Source: Balneolaceae bacterium (GTDB lineage: Bacteria > Bacteroidota > Rhodothermia > Balneolales > Balneolaceae). Taken from it: a DNA stretch of 64,000 nucleotides. Shown piece by piece: positions 53,005-61,665 of this stretch. Under the pieces are notes generated by a model, which worked only from the letters and a program-made list of their open reading frames with translations, did not search any database and was not told where the DNA came from. Position 1 is the stretch's first letter; every line of letters begins with the position of its first letter. Location of the stretch: assembly GCA_007693295.1 (NCBI GenBank), contig REDT01000264.1:146-64145 (forward strand), read 5' to 3'. The translations under genes and the position numbers were made by a program.

Positions 53005-53805
53005 TTATTCCTTCAAGTTTTCAAACTCATTAATAAAACTTTTCAATGCACGGCCCACATCGGGTTGACGCATGAAATGTTCACCGATGAGTGCTGAATG
53101 GACTCCATTATCGTAAAGTACTTTCATGTCCTCCGGTTTATGGATGCCGCTTTCCGAGACGCGAACAACGTGCCCGGGTGCTTTTTGAAGCAGATTCACT
53201 CCACGGTGAAGGTCTACTTCAAACGTAGATAAATTACGGTTATTTACACCCACAATCTCGATTTCGTGCCAATTAAGGGAGTCGACCTCCTCTTGGTGAT
53301 AACACTCCACCAGCGCCTGCATTTCAAACTCTTTTGTAGCAGCCAAAAGCTCTGAGAGCTGACTGCCCTCACAAATGGTTGCAATTAACAATACCGCATC
53401 GGCTCCGTAAGCCCTGGCCTCCTTCACCTGGTAAGGGTCGATCAAAAAGTCTTTTCTCAAAAGGGGGATCGGGCTGATTCCTGAAATCTCTTCGAGGTAT
53501 TTTAAAGAGCCTTTGAAGAATGGCTGGTCGGTTAAAACAGAGATTGCAGAAGCTCCATTTTCAAAATAGGCTTCAGCAAGCTTTATGGCGTTAAAATCAT
53601 CCCTGATAATTCCTTTTGAGGGTGATGCTTTTTTTACCTCTGCAATGATGGACACGGAATCCTTTAAACTCAAAGCTTCTGAAAAAGATCTCCTCTCCTT
53701 CTCATACTGTGGGAAAGAGCTAAAATCAGTGTAGGAGACCTTTTGTTTTCGTTTGGCTAGGTCAGCCCTGGTTTGTTCAACTATTTTTTGGAGTATATCT
53801 GCCAT
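53005..53805 (-). CDS. trpC: Indole-3-glycerol phosphate synthase
   Basis: IIAEVKKASPSKG, ISVLTD, LRKDF, GVNNRNL, VSESGI. Confidence 0.97.
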   Translation of the reverse strand: MADILQKIVEQTRADLAKRKQKVSYTDFSSFPQYEKERRSFSEALSLKDSVSIIAEVKKASPSKGIIRDDFNAIKLAEAYFENGASAISVLTDQPFFKGSLKYLEEISGISPIPLLRKDFLIDPYQVKEARAYGADAVLLIATICEGSQLSELLAATKEFEMQALVECYHQEEVDSLNWHEIEIVGVNNRNLSTFEVDLHRGVNLLQKAPGHVVRVSESGIHKPEDMKVLYDNGVHSALIGEHFMRQPDVGRALKSFINEFENLKE

Positions 53806-53826
53806 TTATAATTTTTTTTAAATCAG

Positions 53827-53973
53827 AAGTCCCCTTCTTGCCCCGTAGGGATGCCTACGGCAACAGGGCTTATTCTTTGAACGCGTCAGCGAATTTAGGG
53901 GTGTGTATTTTTTGGTTATGAAAGTGTATTCATAATCCCCCATTCCCCTCCGTCAGTCAGCGGAGGGACACTT
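53827..53973. repeat. Family A bipartite palindromic element with two nested mini-palindromes
   Basis: AAGTCCCC...CCGTAGG-GATG-CCTACGG...TTTAGGGGTGTGT / ATCCCCCATTCCCCTCCGTCAGTCAGCGGAGGGACACTT. Confidence 0.75.
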
Positions 53974-54012
53974 TGTAATAAAATCTAAGATGTATTCTAA
54001 TTTTATCATACA

Positions 54013-55056
54013 CTAAGCATTCAACTCAGATACCTTTTGCGACTCTTTTACAAAGAGGTCCAGTTTCTTTCCGGCTTCACCTGAATCCAGACTTTTGGCC
54101 GCCATCTCTTTTGCATCTTCCAATGAATCGGCCATATGGGCCGCTCTAATTGCAAATGCAGCATTCATCTCCACAATATTGCGCTGGGCTTCGGTTGAAT
54201 CACCAACCATAATGCTCTGAATAATTTTAGCATTTACCGCAGCATCCCCACCCAGCAGCTCCTCGGGCTGAACCCAGCCGTATCCCAGCGATTTCGGATC
54301 AAAGGTGATTGCGCCCCTGGATAGGTGAGACTGCAGCTCAAATATTTCAGTCTGAGATGTCAGGCTTACTTCATCAAGGCCGTCGTGAGCACTAAGGGTA
54401 AATGCACTCACCGTTTGAAGGTTGGCAAGTATCTGTATCATCTGCCCTGCTGCTTCCTTGCTGAACACACCGATAACCTGATTTTCAACAGTGGCCGGAT
54501 TTAGTAACGGACCCAGCATATTGAAAAAGGTTCTCATTTTCAGTGCACGGCGTGCAGGCATTACATACTTCAGTGCCGGGTGAAAATTGGGTGCGAACAT
54601 AAACGCCATACCGGTCTCATTATAAAGAGATTCCACCTGCGATTTATTCAAATTTGGCGCTGCTCCAAGCTTCTCCAACACGTCATAACTTCCGCTTTTG
54701 CTGGAAACGGAACGGTTACCATGCTTTAAAACGGGAACACCTGCACCTGCCACAACAAACATAGCCGCTGTTGATATATTAAATGTTCCGGATTTATCGC
54801 CCCCCGTGCCGCAAAGATCAACGGCATTCTTAATATCCACTTCCACTTTGATGGCAGCATTTCTCATCTCCTTTACAAAACCGGTCAGCTCTGTGGTGGT
54901 CTCACCTTTGGTGCGCATGCCCATCAAAAGAGCGGCCACCTCCTCGCCCGAAACTGAGCCGTTTAAAATCATCTTCATTGCCAAAGATGCATCATCTTCA
55001 GAAAGGTCTTCACCTATAGAAATTATCTCTAAGTATTCAGTAAATTTTTTTGCCAC
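54013..55056 (-). CDS. trpD: Anthranilate phosphoribosyltransferase
   Basis: DLCGTGGD, FNIST, KHGNRSVSSKSGS, HDGLDE. Confidence 0.97.
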   Translation of the reverse strand: MAKKFTEYLEIISIGEDLSEDDASLAMKMILNGSVSGEEVAALLMGMRTKGETTTELTGFVKEMRNAAIKVEVDIKNAVDLCGTGGDKSGTFNISTAAMFVVAGAGVPVLKHGNRSVSSKSGSYDVLEKLGAAPNLNKSQVESLYNETGMAFMFAPNFHPALKYVMPARRALKMRTFFNMLGPLLNPATVENQVIGVFSKEAAGQMIQILANLQTVSAFTLSAHDGLDEVSLTSQTEIFELQSHLSRGAITFDPKSLGYGWVQPEELLGGDAAVNAKIIQSIMVGDSTEAQRNIVEMNAAFAIRAAHMADSLEDAKEMAAKSLDSGEAGKKLDLFVKESQKVSELNA

Positions 55057-55154
55057 AGTAATTTGTTCTTATTTTATAGTCTGCCGAATCTTATTCTTCA
55101 ACGTTTCTTTATAAATCTGCCGGGTAATATGATAGATCATTTTTAAGTCTCCAA

Positions 55155-55745
55155 TCACCGAATCTCAACCGCCAGTCTCGGAAGGTTCAGCCAGTTCTTT
55201 ACAATCCTCGGCCCTTCGACGGTGAGTATACTTTCGGGATGAAACTGTATGCCTTCAATCGGGAATTTTCGATGACGAACACCCATAATAACGCCGTCTT
55301 TGGTTTGTGCTGAAATCTCCAGTTCGTCCTCCGGTATACTGTCCGGCTGCAAGGCAAGAGAGTGGTAGCGGGTTGCTACAAACCCATCGGCCACGTCTTT
55401 AAAAACAGACTTTCCATCGTGATAGATATCCGATGTTTTTCCATGCATCAGGCTCGGGGCATGTACCACTTTAGCGCCAAATACCTGTCCAATCGCCTGA
55501 TGGCCTAAGCAAACACCCAGCACCGGTATATCCGGTCCAAGTTCACGAATCACACGTTCAGTTATTCCGGCATCTTCCGGCCGGCCCGGACCCGGTGAAA
55601 TGAGAATCTTATCCGGATTCATTTCCCGTATCTCCTCCACGGTTATGGCATCATTTCTCACTACCCTGTATTGATCTGTGACAGATGCCACAATGTGGAC
55701 AAGGTTGTAGGTGAAAGAGTCGTAATTGTCGATGATTAGAATCAT
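55155..55745 (-). CDS. trpG: Anthranilate synthase component II
   Basis: IDNYDSFTYNL, ISPGPG, GVCLGHQ, QFHPES. Confidence 0.96.
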   Translation of the reverse strand: MILIIDNYDSFTYNLVHIVASVTDQYRVVRNDAITVEEIREMNPDKILISPGPGRPEDAGITERVIRELGPDIPVLGVCLGHQAIGQVFGAKVVHAPSLMHGKTSDIYHDGKSVFKDVADGFVATRYHSLALQPDSIPEDELEISAQTKDGVIMGVRHRKFPIEGIQFHPESILTVEGPRIVKNWLNLPRLAVEIR

Positions 55746-55996
55746 TTAGTATTGAGTATCAATAGTGAGTATTTAGATTTTTTTTGTAAGGAATTTCAGT
55801 TTTCGGGTTCATACTGTTAAGTCAATCCAAATTTATCATATTTAAATGAACACGATTTTGAGTTACTCATCAGTTCATTGATTGAGATTCAAAAAATGTT
55901 ATACACGTTTATCAAAAAAATCGAATCTGACGAATAAATTCCGAGTAGCGAGTATCAAAATACTCAATACTCGCTACTTGATACTCAATAATCAAA
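55745..55996. repeat. Family B inverted heptamer array enclosing a gene relic
   Basis: Left AGTATTGAGTATCAATAGTGAGTATTTAG; right ACTCAAT-ACTCGCT-ACTTGAT-ACTCAAT overlapping the trpS stop. Confidence 0.85.
55786..55937 (+). pseudogene. Internally deleted, frameshifted four-helix-bundle (23S rRNA IVP-like) gene relic
   Basis: Reads RNF... then ILLSQ (frameshift) NLSYLNEHDFELLISSLIEIQKMLYTFIKKIESDE*, resembling the family N- and C-termini; recognised by eye only. Confidence 0.6.
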
Positions 55997-56977
55997 GCTC
56001 CTAAACAATCCTGTTGCTTCGCGAATGGGTTCCATTACGGTTTCTGCGCGCTTACGGGCTTTTTTCCCGCCATTTCGGAGGACATCGCGAACATAGTCCA
56101 TATTCTTTTCGAGTTCCTTTCTTCTTTCGCGTGCTTCAGCAAAATAACCTAAAATAAGATCGAGTAATTCCTTTTTGGCGTGTCCGTAACCATAACCTCC
56201 CGCCCTGTACTGATCAGCGATCTCTTGCCGCTTCGGCTCGTCGGCAAAGAGTTTAATCAGGGCAAATACATTGCACGTATGCGGATCTTTCGCGTCTTCC
56301 AGTGCTTTGGAGTCGGTTTGAATGGACATCACCCGCTTCTTCAACGCTTTTCCTTCAGCAAAAATGTTAATGGTATTTCCGTACGATTTACTCATTTTTC
56401 TTCCATCAATACCCGGCACGGTTGCCACGCTTTTCAAAATGTAGTCTTCAGGAATCTTTAAAAGCTCTTTATCGCATGCCCGATTCAGCTTGCCTGCCAG
56501 GTCTCGCGCAATTTCAATATTCTGTTTTTGATCTTCCCCCACGGGTACCAGGTCGGAGTGGTAGATCAGGATATCAGCAGCCTGAAGTACAGGATAGGTA
56601 AACAGCCCGATATTTGGACTGAGGCCATTGGCCACTTTATCCTTATAGGCAACTCCCTTTTCCATCAGTGAAACCGGGGTCAGACAACCTAGTATCCAGG
56701 CCAGCTCTGTAGTTTGTGGAACATCCGACTGGGCAAAGAACGTGCATTTTTCAGGATCAAGGCCCAGGGCCAGATAATCCAGAACTACATCGGTTGTATA
56801 CTCTTTAAGCAGCCCGCCATCACTTACGGATGTTAAGGAGTGATAATTTGCCAGGAAATAAAATGCATCTCCCTCCTCCTGCATCCGAATATGCTGACGC
56901 ATGGCACCGAAGTAATTTCCAATGTGAAGTTTACCCGATGGCTGGATTCCGGACAGGATGGTTTTTTGTTTGGTCAT
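55985..56977 (-). CDS. trpS: Tryptophan--tRNA ligase
   Basis: SGIQPSGKLHIGNY, YPVLQAADIL, VPVGEDQ, KMSKSY. Confidence 0.98.
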   Translation of the reverse strand: MTKQKTILSGIQPSGKLHIGNYFGAMRQHIRMQEEGDAFYFLANYHSLTSVSDGGLLKEYTTDVVLDYLALGLDPEKCTFFAQSDVPQTTELAWILGCLTPVSLMEKGVAYKDKVANGLSPNIGLFTYPVLQAADILIYHSDLVPVGEDQKQNIEIARDLAGKLNRACDKELLKIPEDYILKSVATVPGIDGRKMSKSYGNTINIFAEGKALKKRVMSIQTDSKALEDAKDPHTCNVFALIKLFADEPKRQEIADQYRAGGYGYGHAKKELLDLILGYFAEARERRKELEKNMDYVRDVLRNGGKKARKRAETVMEPIREATGLFRSFDY

Positions 56978-57012
56978 TTTCACGATTTATAAATTTATAA
57001 AGGCTTCGAATC

Positions 57013-57117
57013 AAAAGTCCCCTCCTTTTTAAGGAGGGGATTTAGGGGTGGTTCAAATTAGTTTTGAAGCCTGATTCAACCACCCCTGTCCCCTCCTTAT
57101 GAAGGAGGGGAACTTTT
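57013..57117. repeat. Family A bipartite palindromic element (cleanest copy)
   Basis: AAAAGTCCCCTCCTTTTTAAGGAGGGGATTTAGGGGTGGTT ... AACCACCCCTGTCCCCTCCTTATGAAGGAGGGGAACTTTT; arms are mutual inverted repeats, each with its own hairpin. Confidence 0.9.
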
Positions 57118-57140
57118 AATTTTATATTTTAAAGCTATAA

Positions 57141-58601
57141 TTAAATATCCAGAGCCACACTCAGCGCTTCTACGAGAGCTCCGGCTTTGTTTTTGGTTTC
57201 TTCGTACTCTTTGGCCGGATCACTGTCGGCCACAATGCCGGCACCGGCCTGAATATAGACCGAGTTCCCGGCTACCACCATGGTTCGAATGGCAATACAG
57301 GTATCCATATTGCCGGAAAAATCGAAATAGCCAACGGCTCCTGCATAAGGTCCCCGTTTCGTCGGTTCTAGCTCGTCAATAATTTCCATGGCGCGTATTT
57401 TTGGCGCACCGCTTACCGTTCCTGCCGGGAAGCACTGCATCAAGGCGTCAACCGATGTTCTTCCGGGAGATATCTTTCCAACCACATCCGATACAATGTG
57501 CATCACGTGCGAAAAACGCTCGATGGATTGATTACGCTCCAAGTGCACCGAGCCCGATTTGCAAACTCTTGAAAGGTCATTACGGCCTAAATCTACCAGC
57601 ATTATGTGTTCGGCAATCTCTTTGGGGTCATTTTTAAGATCCTCTTCAAGAGCCAAATCCTCCTCATGAGAGCTGCCGCGTTTACGCGTACCCGCAATCG
57701 GTAAAAGCCTAACCTCCTCGCCGGTTACCCGAACCAGTACTTCGGGGGATGAACCAACCAGGGCAAAATTATCAAAGTCGAGAAAGAAGAGATATGGAGA
57801 TGGATTCACCATGCGCAGTGCACGATAGAGGGTAAATTTATCACCTTCAAACGGTACTTCGAACCTCTGTGAGACGACAACCTGGAAGATATCTCCTTCA
57901 TAGATATACTCTTTAGAGCGCTTTACCATCTCATGAAATCTGTCTTCTTCAATATTGCTCGACAGCTCATCTGCATCCAGCTGAAAGGAACCGGTTTTAA
58001 TGACCTGTTTACCAGCGGAAGCTTCCATACGGTCGAGAGAAAGAATTGCCTCATCGTATAATCTTTTCAGATCAGAAGATTCATCCACAAAAACCGTCTT
58101 CATCAGTACGATTTGTTGTTTTACGTGATCGAAAGCAAACACTTCATCGTAAAAACACCAGATCGCTTCGGGAAGTGAAAGGTCATCATCAGGTACATTT
58201 GGAAGGTGCTCAACCTGACGAACCGTATCGTAGGATGAAAATCCCACAGCCCCGCCCGTCAGGCGCGGTAGTTCCGGAAGTTTTGGCTCCGAGTGGATTG
58301 TGGTGAGTCGATTCAGAGCCTCAAAATAGCCCTCGTCAAGGGTTATTGTTGATTTGCCCTGTGCAGCCAGCGTGCTGGTTTCCCCGTCAAACCTCAATAC
58401 TTGATAGGGATTACAACCCAGAAATGAGTACCTGGCCAGATGTTCCCCCCCCTCTACCGATTCCAGTAAAAACGGGTTGAGTGCACCTTCACGAATGGAA
58501 AGAAACAGCGATACCGGCGTGAGTATATCCGCCAGCATTCTCCGCGAAACGGGAATTGCCGTATAGGTTTGAGCCAGCTCCTTAAAATTATCGAATGTCA
58601 T
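57141..58601 (-). CDS. trpE: Anthranilate synthase component I
   Basis: LLESVEGGE, GDIFQVVVSQR, NPSPY, PIAGT, EHIMLVDLGRND, GTVSGAPK. Confidence 0.97.
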   Translation of the reverse strand: MTFDNFKELAQTYTAIPVSRRMLADILTPVSLFLSIREGALNPFLLESVEGGEHLARYSFLGCNPYQVLRFDGETSTLAAQGKSTITLDEGYFEALNRLTTIHSEPKLPELPRLTGGAVGFSSYDTVRQVEHLPNVPDDDLSLPEAIWCFYDEVFAFDHVKQQIVLMKTVFVDESSDLKRLYDEAILSLDRMEASAGKQVIKTGSFQLDADELSSNIEEDRFHEMVKRSKEYIYEGDIFQVVVSQRFEVPFEGDKFTLYRALRMVNPSPYLFFLDFDNFALVGSSPEVLVRVTGEEVRLLPIAGTRKRGSSHEEDLALEEDLKNDPKEIAEHIMLVDLGRNDLSRVCKSGSVHLERNQSIERFSHVMHIVSDVVGKISPGRTSVDALMQCFPAGTVSGAPKIRAMEIIDELEPTKRGPYAGAVGYFDFSGNMDTCIAIRTMVVAGNSVYIQAGAGIVADSDPAKEYEETKNKAGALVEALSVALDI

Positions 58602-58610
58602 ATCTTCTTA

Positions 58611-58648
58611 AAATAAAAAAACCCACTCCAGAAAACTGCAGCGGGTTT
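58611..58648 (-). terminator. trp attenuator terminator
   Basis: Minus strand AAACCCGCTGCAG-TTTT-CTGGAGTGGGTTT followed by a T run, just upstream of trpE. Confidence 0.88.
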
Positions 58649-58675
58649 AAGAAACTTTTTGTAAACGTATTTACA

Positions 58676-58747
58676 TCATAGTGATTCCACTGCCAAATAT
58701 GTTGGTCCGGGCCACCACCAGTTTGTATGTACGTTTGTTTTCATCAT
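58676..58747 (-). CDS. trpL: trp operon leader peptide MMKTNVHTNWWWPGPTYLAVESL
   Basis: Three tandem TGG codons; GCAGTGG in the leader can pair with CCGCTGC of the terminator 5' arm (antiterminator). Confidence 0.9.
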   Translation of the reverse strand: MMKTNVHTNWWWPGPTYLAVESL

Positions 58748-58844
58748 TGCGCAGAGAAACTATCTCATAGTATTATAAAATGCAACCTTATCCTGTCAAA
58801 AAGTTTTACCAGTGTTCTAAACTATATGATCCTTCAGGTATTGT

Positions 58845-59765
58845 TTATCTTGTTTCTCTTAAACTGTTTCGAAGACGACCGCCACCGGGATTTTCATTCT
58901 CATCATGATCGGTTATCTCTATCGGGATCGATTCACGTTCTTGTTTATCAGTTCGTTTCGTTTGTTTATAAACTCCTATGTCCTCATTTGATAGTTGAAG
59001 TGCCAATTCAGCAAGGTCATTTGCTGTATCTGTTACCTGTGCCTTGTGTTTATTTAGGGATCTGTTACTAAAGTATTTAATAATTGGATAGGACACGAAA
59101 GAGATTATTGCACCGCCTGCTATTCCAGGCCAGGCCGTCTCAAGCAAACTAAAGCTTAATGTGCCGCCTATAACAGCAAAAAGAGGCAGAGTTAGCAGAA
59201 GAGTCCAGGCATAGTCATTTTCGCTACTCCATTCCATATCCCATAATTGCCGTTTGCTTACACGAATTCGAAATTTACCACCCCTGTTTTGAAACAGTAC
59301 ACGGGTGGAATAATATCCCCACTCATCTGTGTAGTGCCATTCCAGGCTTGTTGATGTTTTTCTTACTTTAGCCTTTCCTTTATAGTCGTCCCAGAACTGA
59401 TCCCACCAGTTCACATCTTTATCTGAAGTGCCATAACGGTGATTGAGCTCGGTTACCATATCATCGAGCAGTGTAACATTGGGATCAACATTTATCCAAC
59501 GTTCACATACGATCTCATCTTTCTTAACCGATGCCGCCTCTCTTTTGTCCAATTCAGGGATTGCTGTTCCCTTTTCAAATTCTTCTGCAGCGCGCTGAAT
59601 CAATTCGGGATCAATACCAGATTCGGCGGCTATTTTCTCCAATTCAGACAAAGAGAGTCCCTGCCTTGAACTCTTCTCTCTTAAAACAGATCGTTCGGCT
59701 TCCAGTTCCACGGCACGCTTTATCAAAAGCGAAATCTCTTCTTCTGAATACAGCCGATTCTTCAT
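58845..59765 (-). CDS. Hypothetical membrane protein (N-terminal helical domain, two TM segments)
   Basis: YSEEEISLLIKRAVEL...LSLSELEKIAAESGIDPELI N-terminus; two hydrophobic segments; 3 nt from the upstream SPFH gene. Confidence 0.7.
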   Translation of the reverse strand: MKNRLYSEEEISLLIKRAVELEAERSVLREKSSRQGLSLSELEKIAAESGIDPELIQRAAEEFEKGTAIPELDKREAASVKKDEIVCERWINVDPNVTLLDDMVTELNHRYGTSDKDVNWWDQFWDDYKGKAKVRKTSTSLEWHYTDEWGYYSTRVLFQNRGGKFRIRVSKRQLWDMEWSSENDYAWTLLLTLPLFAVIGGTLSFSLLETAWPGIAGGAIISFVSYPIIKYFSNRSLNKHKAQVTDTANDLAELALQLSNEDIGVYKQTKRTDKQERESIPIEITDHDENENPGGGRLRNSLRETR

Positions 59766-59768
59766 GAT

Positions 59769-60710
59769 TTACTTCTTTTTTGAAATCTCATTCAAACCCG
59801 ACAGGGATAAACCATCCATAACAGCATCAAAATTAGAGAGATCTTTCGGCAGAATGACCTGGTTATTTTCTCTGCCTAATCCGGATAATACGCCCAGGTA
59901 CCTCTCTTTAAGCTGCAGCTGCATTGCTTCGGTGCCGTTTGGCTGAGATAGTGCATCCGCAACCTGCTCAATGGAAACGGCGGTAGCTTCGGCAATGGCC
60001 TCAATCTCATTGGCCCACCCCTCCGCCTCGTTAATTCGTCTCTGCATCTCTGCCTCCGAGAGGTTTACCATTTCGGCTCGCCGGCCCTGAGCATCATTTA
60101 CATTGGAATCTCTAACACCTTCCGATCTGGCAATAACTGCACGCCGCTCACGCTCGGCAGTCATCTGACGCTCCATTGCCTTTTGAACCGTTCTCGGCGT
60201 GTGGATATTTTTAATTTCATAACGGTGCACCTTAATTCCCCAAAGCCGCTCAATTTCACTGAGAACCGAAACAACTTCTTTACTCATTTTTGCTCGCTCC
60301 TCAAACGTTTCATCCAGGTCCATTTGGCCGATAACCGACCGGGTTGTGGTTTGGGCCAGCTGCACGGCTGCATACCGGTAATCCGTCACGCCATAGCTTG
60401 CGTTAACAGGGTCCATCACGCTTAGGTAGAGAACCCCGTCTACTTCAACCTTAACGTTATCTTTAGTGAAACACTCCTGCGGCTCCACTTCAATGGTCTC
60501 TTCCCTCAAATCCTGCTTATAAACTACTTTATCGATAAAAGGAATCAGAGCATGAAAACCCGGCCCAAGCGTCTTGTGATAGTTTCCCAATCGTTCAACA
60601 ATGTGCGCATACTGGTTGGGTACCAGCCTCAGGGATTGAAGGAACTTAAATGTTAGGTAAATGGCAAAAAGTGCAAGAAGAAACTGGCTTATTGTGTTTA
60701 TTGCTTCCAT
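59769..60710 (-). CDS. SPFH/Band 7 (paraslipin/QmcA-like) protein 2
   Basis: IVERLG, PGFHALIPFID, TKDNV, LAQTTTRSVIG, QMTAERERRA. Confidence 0.92.
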   Translation of the reverse strand: MEAINTISQFLLALFAIYLTFKFLQSLRLVPNQYAHIVERLGNYHKTLGPGFHALIPFIDKVVYKQDLREETIEVEPQECFTKDNVKVEVDGVLYLSVMDPVNASYGVTDYRYAAVQLAQTTTRSVIGQMDLDETFEERAKMSKEVVSVLSEIERLWGIKVHRYEIKNIHTPRTVQKAMERQMTAERERRAVIARSEGVRDSNVNDAQGRRAEMVNLSEAEMQRRINEAEGWANEIEAIAEATAVSIEQVADALSQPNGTEAMQLQLKERYLGVLSGLGRENNQVILPKDLSNFDAVMDGLSLSGLNEISKKK

Positions 60711-60712
60711 GG

Positions 60713-61663
60713 TTATTCTCCTTTTTGTCTGGCGGGTTGTTTATTTGTGGCATTGGCCCCGGTGTGATCACTCATTTTTGATACACCTTCGAAGAACGTT
60801 TTCAGGTTAGCCGTTTCTACAGGAAGTACTGAGACGTTAGAGCTGCTGATTATTTTCCCAAATTGGTCGATATACTGCTCTACCAGCTTGGTTTTTACGG
60901 CAATATCCCCCCCCGGCTTTTCAATAGCCATGGCAATTCTTCGGATGCCGTTGGCGGTAGCCGTTGCCCTGAGTTCAATCTCTTTTGCACGTCCTCTCGC
61001 TTCATTAATGCGGCGCTGACGCTGTGCTTCAGAGATCAATACCTGGCTCTGCTGCTCACCTTTCGATTCATTGATTTTCGCCTCTCTGTAACCTTCAGAG
61101 TTTGTAATATCTGCCCGCTTCTCGCGCTCGGCTTCCATCTGTTTTTCCATGGTGTCGACAATCTCATTTGACGGACGAATATTTCGGATCTCATATCTAA
61201 GCACCTTAACCCCCCAGGGATCTGCTGCCTTGTCGATCTCATTTACAATATTCTCATTCATCATCTCCCTTTCGGAAAAGGTGTCATCCAGAGTGATTTT
61301 CCCGATTTCGCTTCTCATAGTTGTCTGGGCCAGATTGATCGCAGCAGCTCTGTAATCAGATATCCCATAACTGGCTTTGTGAGAGTCCATCACCTTCAGA
61401 TAAGCGATACCGTCAACTGCTACCTCAATATTATCTTTGGTAATACAGGTTTGGCTGGGAACGTCAATCACCTGTTCACGCATCTCCTGGTGATAAGCGG
61501 CCCTGTCGATGAATGGGATCATAAAATGAAAACCCGGTTTCAGCGTCTTCTTGTACTTTCCAAGCCTCTCCTGTATAACTTCCTCACGCATCTCAACGAT
61601 GATGAAAAGCCGCGTAAAGATAACATAGAGGAATACAATCGTAATAAATAAAAATGTCCACAT
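60713..61663 (-). CDS. SPFH/Band 7 (paraslipin/QmcA-like) protein 1
   Basis: ERLGKY, CITKDN, LAQTTMRSEIG, WGVKVLRYEI, QMEAEREKRA. Confidence 0.93.
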   Translation of the reverse strand: MWTFLFITIVFLYVIFTRLFIIVEMREEVIQERLGKYKKTLKPGFHFMIPFIDRAAYHQEMREQVIDVPSQTCITKDNIEVAVDGIAYLKVMDSHKASYGISDYRAAAINLAQTTMRSEIGKITLDDTFSEREMMNENIVNEIDKAADPWGVKVLRYEIRNIRPSNEIVDTMEKQMEAEREKRADITNSEGYREAKINESKGEQQSQVLISEAQRQRRINEARGRAKEIELRATATANGIRRIAMAIEKPGGDIAVKTKLVEQYIDQFGKIISSSNVSVLPVETANLKTFFEGVSKMSDHTGANATNKQPARQKGE

Positions 61664-61665
61664 GG

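Noticed and set aside
55057..55154. Repeat element at the trpG/trpD junction
   Set aside because: Only a short imperfect direct repeat (TTATA..TCTGCCG x2); no family A or B arms
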